In this document: positions 10,065-20,039 of the stretch, one piece after another
Numbering within the stretch: position 1 is the first letter of the stretch
Layout of the letters: the number at the start of each line of letters is the position of its first letter
Notes under the pieces: generated by a model
What the model was told of the DNA's origin: nothing
What the model saw: only the letters and a program-made list of their open reading frames with translations
The model's database searches: none
Translations under genes and position numbers: made by a program
Origin: a virus
Taxonomy: Duplodnaviria; Caudoviricetes
DNA: 64,000 nt
Strand: one strand, 5' to 3'
Virus record (IMG/VR): IMGVR_UViG_3300033066_001295
Coordinates: 128,001-192,000 of that record

Positions 10065-10486
10065 TGGTGGAGACGAGCGGAGTTGAACCGCTGTGTTTTG
10101 CGCTTTCCCGGTTTGAGGAATTACAAGCTTGTTCACTATTTCGCCTCGAACCGGCTATCCTGATTACCTCACAGGAATTGGTTTCTGGTTGCTTGCCTGC
10201 ATCCCTCTACCAGCAATTGGGATTCTGTATTGAGATCAAAGGGGCAGCGTCAGGACAGGACAGCCACTACTACCCCTCCTCGGTTAGACCAATACTGCTT
10301 CATCAGCAGTAGCGAACTTTGCGAGCGTTGCGTCAGCGTTGTCCTTGATGGACTCAGCCTCAGCAATGAGAGCTTCGATGTTATCGTTAGCGTTTATGTT
10401 TTGGGTGGACTTGATAACGGAGGAGTTTTCCCAACTCCGGCTTGCCTCAAACAAAGAACACACAAAGTCGAAACCAGTACGTCCCC
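10065..10486 (-). ncRNA. ssrA: tmRNA
   Basis: 5' GGGGACGTACTGGTTTCGAC and 3' GGTTCAACTCC..CGTCTCCACCA with G3:U70; tag ORF ANDNIEAL...AVLV* at 10391..10284. Confidence 0.95.
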
Positions 10487-10526
10487 ATTATTGACACCTG
10501 AAGATACGCCTCTGGACCTTTCTGTC

Positions 10527-10563
10527 AAAAAGAAAATGGCCGGGAGTGTTTTCTCCCGGCCAT
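10527..10563 (-). terminator. rho-independent terminator
   Basis: atggccgggag-loop-ctcccggccat followed by tttcttttt. Confidence 0.8.
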
Positions 10564-10661
10564 AACCGAATCACATTGGCGTTTTGTGTTAGCACTTCAT
10601 GGCGTTGTCCTCCTTTGTTGTTGGCGAGATTTCGAGTAGAGACCGATTTGGTCAGGCAGAC

Positions 10662-10689
10662 ACTATATCGAAAGTCAGTCACTTGTCAA
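10662..10689 (-). promoter_or_regulatory. sigma70-type early promoter driving a ~130-nt transcript
   Basis: TTGACA-16-TATAGT with the conserved spacer. Confidence 0.75.
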
Positions 10690-11273
10690 GACTGGTGAGC
10701 AAGAAATACTTCCCAGTCCTTGATGTTGTACGGGTTCCTGACAGTGATCGAACGAGGTCTTGGCTTTGGTGCCGTAGGCTTCTTCAACAGCTTCAAACCG
10801 GCCTCTTCAGGGGTGCGGTTGTCCTTCTTCGAGTTCACCTTCACATGCGACAAAACCAAGTTGTCGAAGGATGTCTTGCCTCCTCTGGAAGCAGGTATCA
10901 CATGATCAAGATTGGCCTCGTGGAAGTCCACTTTGCGACCGGTGTATTGGCAGGTGCCGCCGTCACGCTCATAGATGGTCTTCTTTGACAGCTTGGGAGT
11001 GCTCAGGATCACCTTGTTGAAAGACGTGCATACCACGACAGTGGGGCAGCGAATGGCACCCCTGACAGTCTTGACACCAATGTCACCCTCCCGCACTGGA
11101 AGGTTCAGCCACTGGTTCCATGGCACTGGATTCATGCTATCCCCGTCAATATCGAGAGCGACCATGCGATCAGTAGCCATCTGAGACAGTGCGTCTTCAG
11201 GTGTGGTAGTGTCATGGACTTGCCAACTCTTGGTCAAGACTAGAACTACTCTTTTGTCGATGCAACTTGTCAT
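10686..11273 (-). CDS. HNH endonuclease (McrA-like)
   Basis: IYERDGGTCQY, NLDHVIP.SRGG...FDNLV, NSKKDNRTPEEAG. Confidence 0.9.
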   Translation of the reverse strand: MTSCIDKRVVLVLTKSWQVHDTTTPEDALSQMATDRMVALDIDGDSMNPVPWNQWLNLPVREGDIGVKTVRGAIRCPTVVVCTSFNKVILSTPKLSKKTIYERDGGTCQYTGRKVDFHEANLDHVIPASRGGKTSFDNLVLSHVKVNSKKDNRTPEEAGLKLLKKPTAPKPRPRSITVRNPYNIKDWEVFLAHQS

Positions 11274-11982
11274 ATTTCAAATCACTTAATATATCAAGAT
11301 TCAACAAAAACGCAACTGATTTCTGCTTTGGATTTTCAGGGTCAAAGGACGCCTGCTTTCTACAATTGTCTTTAGCCCACATAGGTTGAAGGTTACGCCA
11401 GTTAAAGCATTTGATCTGAAGGTCTGGACGAGACAGGTCAAAAGCACAGCAAGGAATCACGTGATCAAGGTGTATCTCACCCTGCATAAATTTCTCCAAA
11501 GACATGCCTTCTGTAAACAAGCTTTTGATATGGTCTATAAGGTCTTGAATGGAGCAACCTACTAAATCAAAAACACGATTTGACCTTGTAGCTGATTGAG
11601 ACCGCAGAGCATGATTTACACGTCTCCTTAAATTACTACCTATTTTAGCTGCTAGATTTGACTGTAGATTAGCCCTTCGTGCATTGTTGCATTTAGCTTT
11701 GTTTCTTTGGTAGTATGAGCGTGCGTGCTTCCGTGTTACTTCCTTGTTATCCTCGCTTGATGAACGCCACTTCAGCGTATAGCTAACACACTTTTGCCTG
11801 TTCTTCTCTCTCCACTCTTTGAGATATGACTTTCGATCAGGGCTAGAGTTATGCCTCTTGCTATACTCGGCACCCTTTTCAGGGTTCTTCTCTCTCCACG
11901 CCTTGTCATACGCGGCACGAGTAGGTGTGGGGGAATTCAAACAGAAAGCGGATGGCTTCTTCAAATTCGAGTGCAAGCTCAT
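11212..11982 (-). CDS. HNH-type homing endonuclease-like protein
   Basis: IHLDHVIP..CFNWRNLQPMWAKDN and a basic helical N-terminus. Confidence 0.75.
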   Translation of the reverse strand: MSLHSNLKKPSAFCLNSPTPTRAAYDKAWREKNPEKGAEYSKRHNSSPDRKSYLKEWREKNRQKCVSYTLKWRSSSEDNKEVTRKHARSYYQRNKAKCNNARRANLQSNLAAKIGSNLRRRVNHALRSQSATRSNRVFDLVGCSIQDLIDHIKSLFTEGMSLEKFMQGEIHLDHVIPCCAFDLSRPDLQIKCFNWRNLQPMWAKDNCRKQASFDPENPKQKSVAFLLNLDILSDLKYDKLHRQKSSSSLDQELASP

Positions 11983-12364
11983 AGACAGGCACCGGGAGCT
12001 TGTTCATCACATGGGCGAGCCAGCGGTGGTTTCCGTCCAGAATGAAGTCGTCACGTGAGGTGAGGATCGGCTTGGCAAGAACTGCCGGTTCAACGTCACC
12101 CATGTGCTTGGCCTTCAGCTTGTCGATATGCTGGTGAGGGCGAAGCTTTTCAGCGGGGTCAATGGTGGCACTGCGAATGCAGATGCCTCGATCAGAAGCA
12201 AACTTGAAAAGCTCCGGGTAGAACTTCTCATCGACTTGAGGCATGACAGGGCGAGGGACATAAAATGCCTCGCGCTCACCACCCTTGTAAAACTTGCCGT
12301 TGAGCGGGTCAATTTCGCCGCCTTTTGGGGCACGTTCGTGAATTTTGCTGTCGTACCAACTCAT
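11906..12364 (-). CDS. ParB/sulfiredoxin-domain protein
   Basis: PILTSRDDFILDGNHRW; start MSWYD 8 nt after the promoter at 12373..12400. Confidence 0.75.
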   Translation of the reverse strand: MSWYDSKIHERAPKGGEIDPLNGKFYKGGEREAFYVPRPVMPQVDEKFYPELFKFASDRGICIRSATIDPAEKLRPHQHIDKLKAKHMGDVEPAVLAKPILTSRDDFILDGNHRWLAHVMNKLPVPVYELALEFEEAIRFLFEFPHTYSCRV

Positions 12365-12444
12365 AGGCAGACAGTATATCAAGAGTAGAACTCCTGTCAA
12401 ATTGATAATGATTGACTGTGCCGGTTAAAAGTTGAGAGTACCAA

Positions 12445-13164
12445 ATGTTGATACCATCTGAAGAGGCCATAAACTTGTTCAAAAAGACACCCGGAGCAAT
12501 GTCTGTTTGTGAGATGATTGCAATCCACAATATAACGGCTCAGGCACTCGATGATGGGGTTTTCTGCTCAATGGGTTCACACGCTGGCAAGGACACCATT
12601 GCTGCCGTTTCTGGGATGACGAGGAATGGAAAATACTACCTGATTGACCCCTGCTATGATCTCTCGAACGCCAGAGCGTGGTCTCAAGCAGTCCAGAAAG
12701 AGGCAAAACAGATGCCATGGTCCTATGTCAACGACCCAAACTTCAATGAATTGGTGAAAGGGCGGGTTAAAGAAATCAACCACCTGATTGAACCGGTTCT
12801 GGTTGGTGAAGCCTCGCTTGATGCCCTGCCTTTGATAGTGGCTGAGGATGGATTCAAGGGATTCAGCTATGTCTTCTCTGACTCTGATGACCACAACTAT
12901 GGGCTAATGAAGTCAGAAGATGACTTCTTGGAACCTTATATGTTGAAAGGTGGAATCATCTGCTTTCATGACTATGGCAACTACTCAGCACCAGTTCAAA
13001 TACATAAGGAACTGGTTGAAAGCGGCCTTTATGAGAATGTCACCATACCTTGGAATGAGATACAGCTATATGTGTCTGATAACAACCTTGAAGAAGGCAA
13101 TGATAGCTGGCATTGCTGCCAAGTTAAGCTTCCTTGCTTCTTAGCTGCCGTTAGAAAGCTCTAG
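12445..13164 (+). CDS. class I SAM methyltransferase (Methyltransf_24-like)
   Basis: MGSHAG motif I-like; DSDDHNY...GGIICFHDY. Confidence 0.75.
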   Translation: MLIPSEEAINLFKKTPGAMSVCEMIAIHNITAQALDDGVFCSMGSHAGKDTIAAVSGMTRNGKYYLIDPCYDLSNARAWSQAVQKEAKQMPWSYVNDPNFNELVKGRVKEINHLIEPVLVGEASLDALPLIVAEDGFKGFSYVFSDSDDHNYGLMKSEDDFLEPYMLKGGIICFHDYGNYSAPVQIHKELVESGLYENVTIPWNEIQLYVSDNNLEEGNDSWHCCQVKLPCFLAAVRKL

Positions 13165-13767
13165 CAGCACTTGGTTGAGTAGCTCAACACGACGCTCATT
13201 GCTTCTACCGGGCAGGTGAAGAATGAAGTCGCCTTTTCTCCAATGTCCGGGGGTATCCTCACCCATCCCATACTCGGTGTACAGGTAGGAGTTGAATCGG
13301 GCTTGTGGGGCAACATAAACCATCGTCCTGACAACTTCGGAAGAGGCTATCAAGTCTCTCAGGGCGTCTTGGGCGCAATGGACACCAGTTCTGCCAAAAT
13401 CCTGCCACACAGTTGACAGGATCATCCTAGCTTCAGGTGAGTTGCGAACGAACAAGATGCCATCATTGATGCCATTCTGGTCTGCTGACAGCATCAGGTG
13501 ACATTTGGGATGTATCAGGTCCTCCAGCTTCACTTCGAGGTCAGTAACAAGAACATCTGTATCCATATGGACAACCCAGTCATGTTTTTCCATGTTCTCA
13601 AGAAGGCACAAAACCCTGTCCCATATGATGCTTCGTTTTACTGGCTGGTTTGACATGGCTGACAGATGATAGCCATGTTTCGAGCAGTATTCCGACAAGA
13701 CAGGGACAGTGATGTCAGCTATGGGCTTGAAGGCTGAATTATATTGTGTGTAAACTCCGATGTTCAT
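13141..13767 (-). CDS. glycosyltransferase, GT34 (MNN10/GMA12)-like
   Basis: WVVHMDTDVLV DxD, GINDGILFVRN, QDAL, WRKGDFILHLPG. Confidence 0.8.
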   Translation of the reverse strand: MNIGVYTQYNSAFKPIADITVPVLSEYCSKHGYHLSAMSNQPVKRSIIWDRVLCLLENMEKHDWVVHMDTDVLVTDLEVKLEDLIHPKCHLMLSADQNGINDGILFVRNSPEARMILSTVWQDFGRTGVHCAQDALRDLIASSEVVRTMVYVAPQARFNSYLYTEYGMGEDTPGHWRKGDFILHLPGRSNERRVELLNQVLLELSNGS

Positions 13768-13802
13768 GCTTGTAAAATAAAGAGTACGTTCTAACTTGAA
13801 CA

Positions 13803-14408
13803 ATGCACAGCCACGTCCTTAAAGCCAGCCCGCTCCCATATGTCAAAAGTGCCCTGTCTCCATACATCAGGGAGGACAACACTTTTCTTGAGTTTGACAG
13901 TGTAGCTAACTTCTGCCGTGGTCTTGGCATTGACATTGGATGTGGCACAAACCGCTTCAGTGACACTGTCATGACGGTGGATTCCCACCCGCACATTGAT
14001 GCTGACATGGTCTGGGATTGCCTGAAGGCACCATACCCGTTTCGTGACAGTTCTTTTGACTTCGTCTTTGCCTCCCATGTTATCGAAGACTTCGCCCCGG
14101 ATCAAATTCAGGGTGTTTTTGATGAATGGCTTCGTATCATCAAACCGGGAGGGTACATGGCTCTTCTGGTGCCTGACATTGCCCGCCATCGCTATCCCGG
14201 CATCGAGGAGAAGTGGAGTGAGGCTGATGAACTGGTTCAGAAAGGCGAACGCAACATAGGTGACTTGAAGGGCAACTGCTCTCACCGTATCTGCATGGGG
14301 CTTGACGTATTGCATGACTTGATCAAAGACAGGAAGGTGGAAGTGGTTCAAGAAGACACTCTGCCTCAAGATCAGATGACACTTGATTTTGTCATCAGGA
14401 AACTTTGA
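13803..14408 (+). CDS. SAM methyltransferase type 11
   Basis: IDIGCG, PFRDSSFDFVFASHVIED, RIIKPGG. Confidence 0.85.
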   Translation: MHSHVLKASPLPYVKSALSPYIREDNTFLEFDSVANFCRGLGIDIGCGTNRFSDTVMTVDSHPHIDADMVWDCLKAPYPFRDSSFDFVFASHVIEDFAPDQIQGVFDEWLRIIKPGGYMALLVPDIARHRYPGIEEKWSEADELVQKGERNIGDLKGNCSHRICMGLDVLHDLIKDRKVEVVQEDTLPQDQMTLDFVIRKL

Positions 14409-15018
14409 TCCATACCTCAAAGTCATCACGTGTAAAAACGTGCTTGATTGGCAACTGGGCGGATGCAGCTTCAATCCCGGCCCTTACCGCTGACTGGTCA
14501 ACATCGTGGAAGATGACAAGACCACCAGCCTTCACTTTGGGGACATAGAGCAGACAGTCCTCAACAACCGCCTCACAGGTGTGGGCAGCATCAACATACA
14601 GCCACTCTATTGGTCCGCTGATGGATGCTGCCATGGTGTCACTTGACCCGATAAGAGGCTCTATGACCTCGTCCAAACCGTGCCTGCTCCTGTTGTCTAA
14701 AAACTCGGGCAAAGTGGATGTCTTGCTATCACAGAATGGCTCGAATGTGTCAACACATCTAAGCTTTGCTGGCCAAGGGCTGTGCTTCATACCCAAGCCA
14801 GCCAGAACTGCTGACAGTCCGCGACAAGTTCCAAGCTCAACAGCATCTCCACGAGTGTGGTAACCAAGCCAGTAGAAAAACTCTTTCTGAGGCTCGCTGC
14901 TCATGTACCCATACACAGGGTAAGAAGCCACCGGAACCCAGCCTATGTCAGAAGTTGGAACCCCTTGGTTGGTCCTTCTCTCCTTGCCTATAAGCTCATC
15001 ATGGGAGAAAAAGTTCAT
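14395..15018 (-). CDS. class I SAM methyltransferase (Methyltransf_24)
   Basis: VELGTCRGLS, VDTF, YVDAAHT, GGLVIFHD. Confidence 0.85.
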   Translation of the reverse strand: MNFFSHDELIGKERRTNQGVPTSDIGWVPVASYPVYGYMSSEPQKEFFYWLGYHTRGDAVELGTCRGLSAVLAGLGMKHSPWPAKLRCVDTFEPFCDSKTSTLPEFLDNRSRHGLDEVIEPLIGSSDTMAASISGPIEWLYVDAAHTCEAVVEDCLLYVPKVKAGGLVIFHDVDQSAVRAGIEAASAQLPIKHVFTRDDFEVWIKVS

Positions 15019-15830
15019 AGTGGTTTGGCAGATACGTCACAAGGATAATGTACTCCACCACAACTGCTGATGTAGGCTGAAACCCACTCAAAGTCCATGG
15101 TGTTAAGCTTGCCCAGAACACCTTTGGTGTACCTATCCCAGCAAAATATAGCTAGGTTGCTCAGGTCCCTTGGAGGGTATATGACACTTGAGTCTGAGAT
15201 GATGCCAAGACAATGTTCAAGCCAAGGACACTTCCTCTTCTTGTGTCCGTACTTGTCCCACATGTAGTCAGAGTTGCGAATGCACTTTTCAAGCTCAGTA
15301 ATATCAAGACTTTCTTTTCGGCACAAAAAGAATCTTGTGCTCACCCACCAGTGATCAAAGGACGTATCAACAACTGGAGTTGGTGAGCAGTCGGACGGGT
15401 ATGACACATACTTGTAGCCATCAAGCAAGCCAATCAGTCCATCAACAACACCTTTGTCCCTAGCAAAGGCGGCACAATCAGAATCAAAATGAGCCACGTA
15501 TTCACCTCTGGCAAGGGAGAGAGCGTTCAAGTAGTTGATGTCGTTGAACATGGTGAAAGGGTCAGCACCCATGAAGTGGCGGCTGTGTTTCCTTATGACA
15601 AGACAGTCAACAAGACGATCAAGCTCAGTCCTGATGCTTGGTGGAATCTCCTGATGCACATCGACATGGAGGATGGTCTCGGTCTCGAAACCTGCAAAGA
15701 ACTTCTGTTTGTTTACAACACCTTCAATGAGGAAATCAAAGTTCCTACACCCATCGTTCATCCCAGTGAACCTAGTCACCTCAGATTCCACTCCGGGGCG
15801 TGTGTCAGTATTGATGACAATGCTTATCAT
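15015..15830 (-). CDS. putative GT-A glycosyltransferase
   Basis: MISIVI start, ARGEYVAHFDSD DxD motif, cluster context. Confidence 0.65.
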   Translation of the reverse strand: MISIVINTDTRPGVESEVTRFTGMNDGCRNFDFLIEGVVNKQKFFAGFETETILHVDVHQEIPPSIRTELDRLVDCLVIRKHSRHFMGADPFTMFNDINYLNALSLARGEYVAHFDSDCAAFARDKGVVDGLIGLLDGYKYVSYPSDCSPTPVVDTSFDHWWVSTRFFLCRKESLDITELEKCIRNSDYMWDKYGHKKRKCPWLEHCLGIISDSSVIYPPRDLSNLAIFCWDRYTKGVLGKLNTMDFEWVSAYISSCGGVHYPCDVSAKPL

Positions 15831-16558
15831 AGACCCAGTGTACTCAACACAGTGGAAAGAAGCCCGTCAGTTTTGCTGCCACCATTAAAGTGGAAAGCTG
15901 CTGGGAATGAGCCTGTAACCTTGTTCTGGACATATTCTCCTGATGTGAAATCAAACTCGTCCATTTTGCACCCACACATGGTTTGAGCCATGTGACACTC
16001 ATGATCCAGAATCATCTTAACTGGCTGGTCAAGATAGGCCAGCGTTATGTACCCTTGGTCATTAGGGTGGACAACCCTGCCCTCTGAGTCAACATGGTCA
16101 TCACAGTTGAAGCCTTCCGGCACGTTCACTTTATACATGTGCTCAAGCATGGTGACAAAGGCGTCACGATGACCGACAATAAAGCCTGAGTTAAGGTACC
16201 TGAATTCGGTGCCACATTCAGGAAACTTGTCTGCCAGATGGCCCAAAGGGAAACAGTTCTTCTCAGCATTAAGCACAAGGTCTGCACCAGTTGCTAAAAA
16301 AGTGTCATAGATATAGTCTGGGCTTTTGGCGAAGACTAGGTCCCATGAATCGGCCACAATCAACTTTTCAGGAGCATTGCCATCTTTCAGCCACTCCAAC
16401 AATCGCTGTGGCTTTGTCATAAGCCCGCCCCACCTTTGCTGCCAACCAAGTATGGTTGCCTCATGCCCAAACCTCTTCAGGCTGGCAAAGAACTGGTCAA
16501 AGCAGTAATAAGGTTCCCTTGGTCTTCTGTTTGTAATAGTGACAACAGACACACTCAT
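15827..16558 (-). CDS. PLOD-type glycosyltransferase domain protein
   Basis: DSWD, NAEKNCFP, RYLNSGFIVG, NDQ, HFNG. Confidence 0.8.
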   Translation of the reverse strand: MSVSVVTITNRRPREPYYCFDQFFASLKRFGHEATILGWQQRWGGLMTKPQRLLEWLKDGNAPEKLIVADSWDLVFAKSPDYIYDTFLATGADLVLNAEKNCFPLGHLADKFPECGTEFRYLNSGFIVGHRDAFVTMLEHMYKVNVPEGFNCDDHVDSEGRVVHPNDQGYITLAYLDQPVKMILDHECHMAQTMCGCKMDEFDFTSGEYVQNKVTGSFPAAFHFNGGSKTDGLLSTVLSTLGL

Positions 16559-17577
16559 GAAATAGCCTCCTCAATTTTTGGAATAAGATACTCTCTGGCA
16601 TACCGTGCTCCACGATACCTGTCAATAGTCTCAAGACCTCTGATGTAGATGTCATACAGATCATCCCTCTTCAAAGCCTCATTCATAGCAGGAACCTCCT
16701 CGTCACCTTTCAAGCCACGGATTATGTCAAAGTCTGTCTGGTCCTTCTCAACCACGATGCTATTAACACCATGAATCCAAGGGAATGACCATGCCAGAGC
16801 ATCTGATTGTTTCACCATCACAGCGTTTACAGGGGCCTCAGCGTGCCTGAAACACTTGATACCCGCACCGGGCAGAGACAAGGAAAGTTTACTTCTGCCC
16901 TGACAGAGCAGCACTTTCTTAATGTCAATGCGGGTGAAGAAAGGTGAGTATATGGCAGCCCACACATGACTTTTACTGTTAGGGTCTGTGTGCTTGAAAT
17001 GAGGGTCAAACTGGTCCCATGCTGAAATCAGATCATACCCAAGGTGTGATGACTGCTTGAATATCTCACCATGAACACGTCTGCGACCCTCGTGACTATG
17101 ACCCCAGCTATAAAATACCTCAAGAGGTCTCCCATTAAAAGCCTCTCTGCTGTCTGCTGGTATGGGTCCTATGTAACAACCATAGTCGATAGGTTGCAAA
17201 GTTGGAGATACATCCTTGGCTAAAAGTTCTCTTTTGAAGACCAAAGCAGGTGGGCAGTCAGCCACCCACTTGTCAAACTTGCGCCACTCGTCAATTTTGA
17301 TACCCCAGTCCTTAAAGGTGCCGAAGTTATCAAGGGTATTCGTGCCCCATATGTGAGTGTCCTTACGATCCCACTCATTGGCACCGTACTCAACGAAGTC
17401 AACAATCACAATGGGCTTTCGTATCTTGTACAACTCCTCATTGAATTGAAAATGCCCAAACCTTGATATTGGCACAATGACAACATCGTCACCTTTTGGA
17501 AGATAGCTGAGTATGTTGGAGTTTATAGCACCCTCAACAGTGCCACCCTTGTCAGGGCTTACAATGGTGAAATTCAT
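16555..17577 (-). CDS. putative GT-B glycosyltransferase (GT47/exostosin-like C-terminus)
   Basis: SKLSLSLPGAG.KCFRHAEA and cluster context. Confidence 0.55.
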   Translation of the reverse strand: MNFTIVSPDKGGTVEGAINSNILSYLPKGDDVVIVPISRFGHFQFNEELYKIRKPIVIVDFVEYGANEWDRKDTHIWGTNTLDNFGTFKDWGIKIDEWRKFDKWVADCPPALVFKRELLAKDVSPTLQPIDYGCYIGPIPADSREAFNGRPLEVFYSWGHSHEGRRRVHGEIFKQSSHLGYDLISAWDQFDPHFKHTDPNSKSHVWAAIYSPFFTRIDIKKVLLCQGRSKLSLSLPGAGIKCFRHAEAPVNAVMVKQSDALAWSFPWIHGVNSIVVEKDQTDFDIIRGLKGDEEVPAMNEALKRDDLYDIYIRGLETIDRYRGARYAREYLIPKIEEAIS

Positions 17578-17858
17578 TTAGACCTTTCGCACTTATTACA
17601 AAAAGGTTCAATCACTTTTTTGCAAGTTTCTTCCTGATTACAGGCTTCTTGATTGGCAAACCAATTGTGGCCTTATTAGCCTTGACTGCTTTTACAAGCA
17701 GCTTATGTATGTTATCAGCCATGACTTCTCAAATATCTAAGTTGGTAGTGAAAGCTCTCAAAAAATGTGACACCGACGATGATATAGACCGGTATGTCAG
17801 CAAGACAGGGCTGTCAAGAAGAGCCAGAAGTCAGATGATGAAAAAGATCGCCAAAAAG

Positions 17859-19028
17859 TCAGACTTCAAAGAGGCTAGTGAAAGTGCCCCTGTCACTGCT
17901 CTCCCCCTTGATAAGACGCGAGTGGTCCGCTGATATTTCAGCACCACCAGCTTCGTCATCTTTCGGCAACCTTTTTGTTATAGCTGCGAGATGATGTGGT
18001 GATGAGCCTTTGTAGCTCCTCACACGGCTAACCCCTGATTGGCTTGGAAGCTGGACATCAATAGGCTTGCCGCCAAAATGCTTGATCTTCTGATATATGA
18101 TGCTGCACCAAATGTTCCAGAGTACCTCACTTGTAGTACCTTTGGCTTCAAGATCGGCCAAGTAGTCTGCATATCCACGGAGCACCTCATAGCTCTTTTT
18201 GGTCAACTCACCATACAGGAACTTCAGCAACTCCTTCTTGTCGTCCTTCAAGACTTTGGATAGCATGGCATACTCATGAGAGGTGATAACACCCTGACCA
18301 CTGGTCGGCACACTAACCTGAGAAGCATTCTGGAAACCTCCAGACGGGTTCATGATGCCCGTAGGCTTGTTGACACCCAGAACATTCAAGTTCACAGAGT
18401 CAATGCACCCAACCTTGCCTATCAAAAGCTGAACGGCAAAGCCAGCCTTCGGAACTCCGAGACCGGGCACCATTATCATCTTCCGGTAAACCAGAAAGCC
18501 TGTGTCACCGTTCTTTGAGTCGAGGTCAACAGCACGCATCAGCCCGGAATAAAGCTGGTTCCTGTTGTGCCAGATAATGTCAATCTGCTTCCTTCTACCG
18601 GCCCACCAACTAACACCTGCATTCAACTCACTTGGGGCAACAGGATCACCATTGAGCGGAGGAAACTCACTCTTCCCCTGTTTAGGGAAGCCATCACTAG
18701 CAACAAGAGCTTCCCAGAAAGGAGGGAACAGGGCATTGAAACGAGGCCACTCGGTCTGCTGTGAGCAAATGACAAAAATGAGCAGTTTGGCCATGTTCTC
18801 AGGTGATGACTGGGCATAGCTGCCTATCTCAGGCTGGTCCTTCTTAAACATCGGGTACTTCATGATGTCGAAGTCAGCCCTCACTGTGGCTACAGCGGGC
18901 TTTGGCTCGAACTCAGTGTCACCAAAAAGGTCATCACCTTCTGTTAGAGCCTCAAGAAGAGGTTTCCAGTTTTCCCTGCTGATGTCAAACTCAGCAATAA
19001 ATTTTTCGATCAAGCTGAATTGTGTCAT
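17859..19028 (-). CDS. HhH-GPD DNA glycosylase-fold protein, putative virion internal protein
   Basis: VPGLGVPKAGF..GCID helix-hairpin-helix plus Asp; N-terminal EKFIAE. Confidence 0.55.
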   Translation of the reverse strand: MTQFSLIEKFIAEFDISRENWKPLLEALTEGDDLFGDTEFEPKPAVATVRADFDIMKYPMFKKDQPEIGSYAQSSPENMAKLLIFVICSQQTEWPRFNALFPPFWEALVASDGFPKQGKSEFPPLNGDPVAPSELNAGVSWWAGRRKQIDIIWHNRNQLYSGLMRAVDLDSKNGDTGFLVYRKMIMVPGLGVPKAGFAVQLLIGKVGCIDSVNLNVLGVNKPTGIMNPSGGFQNASQVSVPTSGQGVITSHEYAMLSKVLKDDKKELLKFLYGELTKKSYEVLRGYADYLADLEAKGTTSEVLWNIWCSIIYQKIKHFGGKPIDVQLPSQSGVSRVRSYKGSSPHHLAAITKRLPKDDEAGGAEISADHSRLIKGESSDRGTFTSLFEV

Positions 19029-19054
19029 GGCTTTGAGAATAGATACTCGCTATC

Positions 19055-19690
19055 TCATTCGCCATACTTGCCAATAGGCCTGATGTTAAACCACTGGGTC
19101 ACCAAATCGAGATTCTCCTTCTGAGTCTGAGTGAGCTTGCCAAGCTCCTTGGCACTCGGCACAGCCTTCATCTTCCTGATGAGCGCAATACTGTCTGACA
19201 GGTCTTTTGCCCTCATTGAGTTGAGCTTCATTTTGAGAAGATCAAGCCAGTGGGCAACCGGGTAATCTGTCTCTGCTGAAGCTTGGTCGTAAGTGATTGA
19301 CTTGGGGTTTTGTGTGCCACCGGGAAACTCGTGTCCCGGAGTCATGAAGTCAACATACCCACCACTTGGGGAAATCCATGATTCAACACCAACGCTCTCG
19401 TGGTCACGAGACCAGCCCTGCGGAGGTGATGGAACCTTGGTCACCCACACGTCGAGGTCAACGGTAGGACGGAACCCATCGGCACTGCCGATATGACGTA
19501 GAATGCCAACTGAGCCTACAATGGCAGGCTTCAGGCCAAGGTCACGAAGGTACTTGATCAGGAACTTTGTCTCCTCCGCTGTAGGCGGAACATGGGTGCC
19601 CTCCTCGCTCTCTACCAGCCTGTTTTTGACACGGCACTGGTTGAGGTAGGACTCGATGTTATTTTCAAAAAGCAAGGTAAATGGTTTCAT
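19055..19690 (-). CDS. pol-beta superfamily nucleotidyltransferase (AbiEii/MenT-like)
   Basis: IVGSVG..RPTVDLD, VDF, LLKMKL..RAKDLSD. Start MKPFTLLFE. Confidence 0.7.
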   Translation of the reverse strand: MKPFTLLFENNIESYLNQCRVKNRLVESEEGTHVPPTAEETKFLIKYLRDLGLKPAIVGSVGILRHIGSADGFRPTVDLDVWVTKVPSPPQGWSRDHESVGVESWISPSGGYVDFMTPGHEFPGGTQNPKSITYDQASAETDYPVAHWLDLLKMKLNSMRAKDLSDSIALIRKMKAVPSAKELGKLTQTQKENLDLVTQWFNIRPIGKYGE

Positions 19691-19691
19691 T

Positions 19692-20003
19692 TCAAATAGG
19701 TAGAACTTCCTCAATTTCACTCCGGTCAAGATGGACAATATCACCATCCTTCAAGTCGGTACACCAGATAGGGTCATTGTTAAGACGACCACAAAGTTCT
19801 TTGGAACCACAAAGCTCTTCAATACTCGGACCAACGATGCTCACCCACATGTGCTCGGTAAGGTCATCCTTGTGGAAGGCAATTTTGCAGTTCCTGCCCG
19901 CAAACCACTCCAGAGGTTTTTCTTGAAATTCTGGCTTGGGCTGTAGCCTGCTTTTAGCACAGCTTGGGCAAACAAGGCCCATATTTGAAAAAGGTTCGGT
20001 CAT
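19692..20003 (-). CDS. DUF2314/YegJ-like protein with N-terminal CxxC
   Basis: EHMWV...GRLNNDP; leaderless start after the promoter at 20011..20038. Confidence 0.6.
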   Translation of the reverse strand: MTEPFSNMGLVCPSCAKSRLQPKPEFQEKPLEWFAGRNCKIAFHKDDLTEHMWVSIVGPSIEELCGSKELCGRLNNDPIWCTDLKDGDIVHLDRSEIEEVLPI

Positions 20004-20039
20004 ACCTACCAATATATTGAAATTGAGGCTTTTGTCAAT

